A stretch of 64,000 nt of DNA from Microcoleus sp. (GTDB lineage Bacteria; Cyanobacteriota; Cyanobacteriia; Cyanobacteriales; Microcoleaceae): positions 64,001 to 128,000 of the forward strand of contig JAYFMW010000008.1 of assembly GCA_042408215.1 (NCBI GenBank). Reading direction: 5' to 3'. The number at the start of each line of letters is the position of its first letter. Position 1 is the first letter of the stretch. The position numbers and the translations under genes were made by a program. This document shows, piece after piece, positions 61,701 through 64,000 of this stretch. Under the pieces are notes generated by a model. That model saw nothing but the letters and a program-made list of their open reading frames with translations, did not search any database and was not told where the DNA came from.

Positions 61701-62368
61701 GCATTTTCAAAGCAAGCGATCGCCTGTTCGATATTTTGAGCCCGATCGCCTTTGGGGCGATCGCTATAAGCATTTCCCAAATTGTTTTGCAACGCCGCCC
61801 ATTCCTGGGGAAAATCTTTGCGGGTAAACACCTGAGCAACAGCTTCGTAACCTGCAATGGCGATTTCTAAATTATTTGCCTTGCTACCGAGAGGAAACCG
61901 CCCAATATTGTGGCTCAAATTGCCGATTTGGGCTGCAATGCGCCGACGCTCGGTCAGATCTGCTGTCGGCAGTACCGTCCTTGCCCACCCACGCAGCAGT
62001 TGCGCGAAGTTCTGGTCTAATTTGTCTACATTCGCGCCCAGGAGCGAATACACCTGTGGCGAATCAGCCGACAGCGCCGCCGCCTGCAATACTTCTGCTA
62101 AAAAAATCAGATATGCTGGCGGGGTTGCTGGTAATTTAGAATTACCCCGAGTGACTTGTAAGGGAGCAATCACTTGACGGAAAAATTTCGCCACCTTGAC
62201 TAAACTTTCTGGTGTCAGTGTCGGCACTTCCAAGTACAGCGTTTGCACCAATTCAGAGTCGATCGACTTTGAGTCTGCACTCAAAATCACATCTGTTCCT
62301 AAGTCCTCTGGATTTTCCAGTAGTGCTCGGAGCATATTAAAATCCATTTCGCGACGCTGTTCGTCCAT
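58727..62368 (-). CDS. TPR-repeat + CHAT domain protein
   Basis: ~40-aa WAxxQNNLGxAY repeats; VPHRSLHALP, LSACE, SLW, PYYWAAF. Confidence 0.93.
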   Translation of the reverse strand: MDEQRREMDFNMLRALLENPEDLGTDVILSADSKSIDSELVQTLYLEVPTLTPESLVKVAKFFRQVIAPLQVTRGNSKLPATPPAYLIFLAEVLQAAALSADSPQVYSLLGANVDKLDQNFAQLLRGWARTVLPTADLTERRRIAAQIGNLSHNIGRFPLGSKANNLEIAIAGYEAVAQVFTRKDFPQEWAALQNNLGNAYSDRPKGDRAQNIEQAIACFENALAFRTPQQYPEQWAMLQNNLGSAYSDRQRGEPVENLEKAIACYQNALRVRTREIFGEEWASTQNNLGRAYSRRLRGDRAENLELAIACYQNALQVYNRQSFPRRWATTENNLANAYCDRLLGNRAENLEYAIYCYHRALQIRTPEAFPLQWATTHGNLGRVLIDRLKGDPVENLESAMACYQNALQVYTRIRFPERWASLQTSLGRVYNRRLKGERAENLEMAIACYQNALLFYNRQKSPDRWAMLCAYLGHALSEHLKGERNRNLKSAIACYQNALQVYTRSIVPERWAMLQTYLGRAFAALTERDNSPHQESAIACYESAGLVYTRETAPHRWALTSFYLGQVYQTQGELLRAYHVFAAAVDTVEFLRCEAVGDSLNLGDRPSIGKLNRAQTWTELYKCLLQVCLKQGATEPQYYARALEYAERYKALNWVELLIKCHLTPRVEMSAAVRGEFEYLQLQIAAERQQQQHSTPDGPGCFPRVVISSGDDSQGFNSGSLLPCSDLTHLNQLWRQFDALIESEVEPIDPFFSLTRKVEPIEFQQIRELLDRNSAAVVWASLGELLVAFVVTAGAEYPAVHLCSPKNALALEGWVQEYLSAYSEQKGRWINHLPDRLTRLASLLEIDRVVSLIPDSCDRLIFVPHRSLHALPLHALPLGDRKRFDRGSGSFRAPWGDRSGWDLSTSSSSDLFQGWSFGDIQPPAAYLIDRFTGGIRYAPSCQLLRLKQIARRGAIDQSRPRLQQLLAVPNFTKDSLYSNIEVANICQYFPGAEVVRQKQATKQNVSSAIAANHPGNLTGKAWELPQRKCAHFACFSLLNLAIPLKSGLGLTEDFLSLEEIFNLDFRQYFLVTLSACEITAGSFAVGGDFVGLSAGLLYAGTSSVVSSLWKLNDVSTLLLIGKFYENLGRFSRLQVGDVAHALNDAQRWLRDLTGDELELLLADFQPQISQMFDRLPQSSRLSAEASLQLIRNRKPHPFANPYYWAAFTATGV

Positions 62369-62610
62369 CGTGATTCCGTTGAACTATTAACCATAGGATT
62401 AGTGCCCCCGTGCAGCCAATTCAATCAATAAATCGGGAAATTTCCATCCCTAATTCTATTTACGCTGCTTTTCGGCCTAAAATCAATGGTAGTTCTGTGT
62501 TGATTTGCGTCCCTCGGCGGTTGAAAATCTACAATAAAGTCGCGATCGAATGACTCAAGTCTGACATTCGATCGCGACTTTTCACAGTGAAGCCAACAAA
62601 AATCCACTGA

Positions 62611-62764
62611 TACCAGTTTTTTATGAGGCCCCGTAGAATCTGATCCCCCCTAACCCCCCTTAATAAGGGGGGAACAAGATTCTGCTCTTTCGTCACACCC
62701 TACTCCCTTATTAAGGGGGATGCGAGGGGGATCGAGATATATGCAACGACCCATTAAATTGGTA
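62611..62764. mobile_element. MITE of the 58442 family, inverted, with TGA target duplication
   Basis: TGA-TACCAGTT...AATTGGTA-TGA. Confidence 0.85.
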
Positions 62765-62773
62765 TGAGTAGAA

Positions 62774-63961
62774 TTACTGGACTGTTTGGGAACGCAGAGC
62801 TTTTTCTACTGCTTCTAAAGCTCGATCTACTTCAGCAGCCGTCACAATCAGGGGCGGAACAAACCTCAGCACTTTCGGCCCGGCGGGGACTAACAGCACT
62901 CCGGCTGCGATCGCCGATTTGACGATATCAGCAGATGTGAGTTCAATGTCAGCTTGCAATTCCAAACCGACAATTAAACCCCAGCCCCGCACATCAGCGA
63001 TTAAATTGGGATATTGTGCCGCCAGCTTATGGAGTCCATCTCTCAACTGTTCGCCACGTTGCTGTACATTTTCTAGAATATTTTCCCGTTCCAAAGTTTG
63101 ACAGACACACAAAGCTACAGCACAAGCAAAGGGATTGCCGCCAAAGGTGCTGGCGTGACTTCCGGGTTCAAAGACATCACAGAAAGACTTGCACAGCATA
63201 GCGCCGATCGGGATTCCGCCACCCAATCCCTTAGCAGAAGTAAAGATATCCGGTTCAATGCCGAGGTTTTCGTAGCCCCAATATTTGCCACTGCGTCCCA
63301 TCCCGACTTGCACTTCATCGAGAATTAACAGGATGCCTTTTTCGTCACAAATTTCACGAATTCGTTGGAAGTAAGCGACATCACCGGGGCGAACTCCGCC
63401 TTCCCCTTGCAGCGCTTCCATCATAATTGCAGCTACTTGGCGATCGTCTTTGTCCAGTTCTGCGATCGCAGATTCTAGGGCAGCAATGTCATTGTAAGGC
63501 ACGTAATGAAATCCCGGCACCAACGGGCTAAAACCCTTTTGGTACTTGGGCTGTCCCGTCGCCGTAATTGTGGCCAGAGTCCGCCCGTGGAAACTAGCGT
63601 GGGCCGTGATGATGGTCGGATTAGCGATCTTTAATTTTTCGTGAGCATACTTGCGGGCGAGTTTAATCGCAGCTTCATTGGCTTCCGCGCCGGAGTTGCA
63701 AAAGAAGACGCGATCGGCACAAGAATGGTCTACAAGCCACTTCGCCAGCTCTCCCTGTACGGGTATATAGTAAAGGTTAGAAACGTGGTGTAGCGTCTGA
63801 ATTTGCTGGGTTACAGCCTCAATTAGAGCCGGATGAGCGTGTCCCAGAGTGCAAGTAGCAATGCCAGCGACAAAATCCAAATATTCGCGGCCTTCCGTAT
63901 CCCAAACGCGGCAGCCTTCCCCACGCTCTAGGGCTATATTAAAGCGCCCGTAGGTTGTCAT
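62774..63961 (-). CDS. argD: Acetylornithine aminotransferase (true start may lie beyond the window edge)
   Basis: NSGAEANE, FHGRT, DEVQ, SAKGLGGG, HASTFGGNP. Confidence 0.93.
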   Translation of the reverse strand: MTTYGRFNIALERGEGCRVWDTEGREYLDFVAGIATCTLGHAHPALIEAVTQQIQTLHHVSNLYYIPVQGELAKWLVDHSCADRVFFCNSGAEANEAAIKLARKYAHEKLKIANPTIITAHASFHGRTLATITATGQPKYQKGFSPLVPGFHYVPYNDIAALESAIAELDKDDRQVAAIMMEALQGEGGVRPGDVAYFQRIREICDEKGILLILDEVQVGMGRSGKYWGYENLGIEPDIFTSAKGLGGGIPIGAMLCKSFCDVFEPGSHASTFGGNPFACAVALCVCQTLERENILENVQQRGEQLRDGLHKLAAQYPNLIADVRGWGLIVGLELQADIELTSADIVKSAIAAGVLLVPAGPKVLRFVPPLIVTAAEVDRALEAVEKALRSQTVQ

Positions 63962-64000
63962 TACATAGTTGTCGAAGCTTTCGGAACTAAACGGGCTGGC

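Overview
Chromosomal window from a filamentous cyanobacterium, probably Oscillatoriales of the Microcoleus/Tychonema type. This is inferred from dense HIP1 GCGATCGC sites, heptamer tandem repeats, petF, a bvdR-like gene and a GluRS-CAAD fusion. 0-12 kb is a degraded accessory island: an N-type ATPase operon (atpR-B-E-F-A-G, with no atpD/C/Q at their usual position) joined to an arsenic/metal operon (DUF442, thioredoxin-like protein, ArsP, ACR3 fragment) behind a MerR-type promoter, followed by nested IS607/IS605/IscB debris. 12-64 kb is mostly core genes with many MITEs and repeats. Best candidate for an undescribed system: a compact NRPS-free operon at 23.7-28.5 kb encoding a FeeM/LuxI-fold acyltransferase, two paralogous D-Ala-D-Ala-ligase-like ATP-grasp enzymes and an ABC exporter, possibly making an exported N-acyl peptide. 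Also notable: an IscB-less omega/HEARO RNA element inserted directly before an ATGA start codon, with a second right end in the same context; intergenic repeats captured in-frame inside proteins; a Q/N-rich repeat J-protein; a His-tailed chelatase with a diverged duplicated 3' end; and a cluster of orphan small ORFs at 44-47 kb. All family calls come from motif recognition by eye, not database searches.
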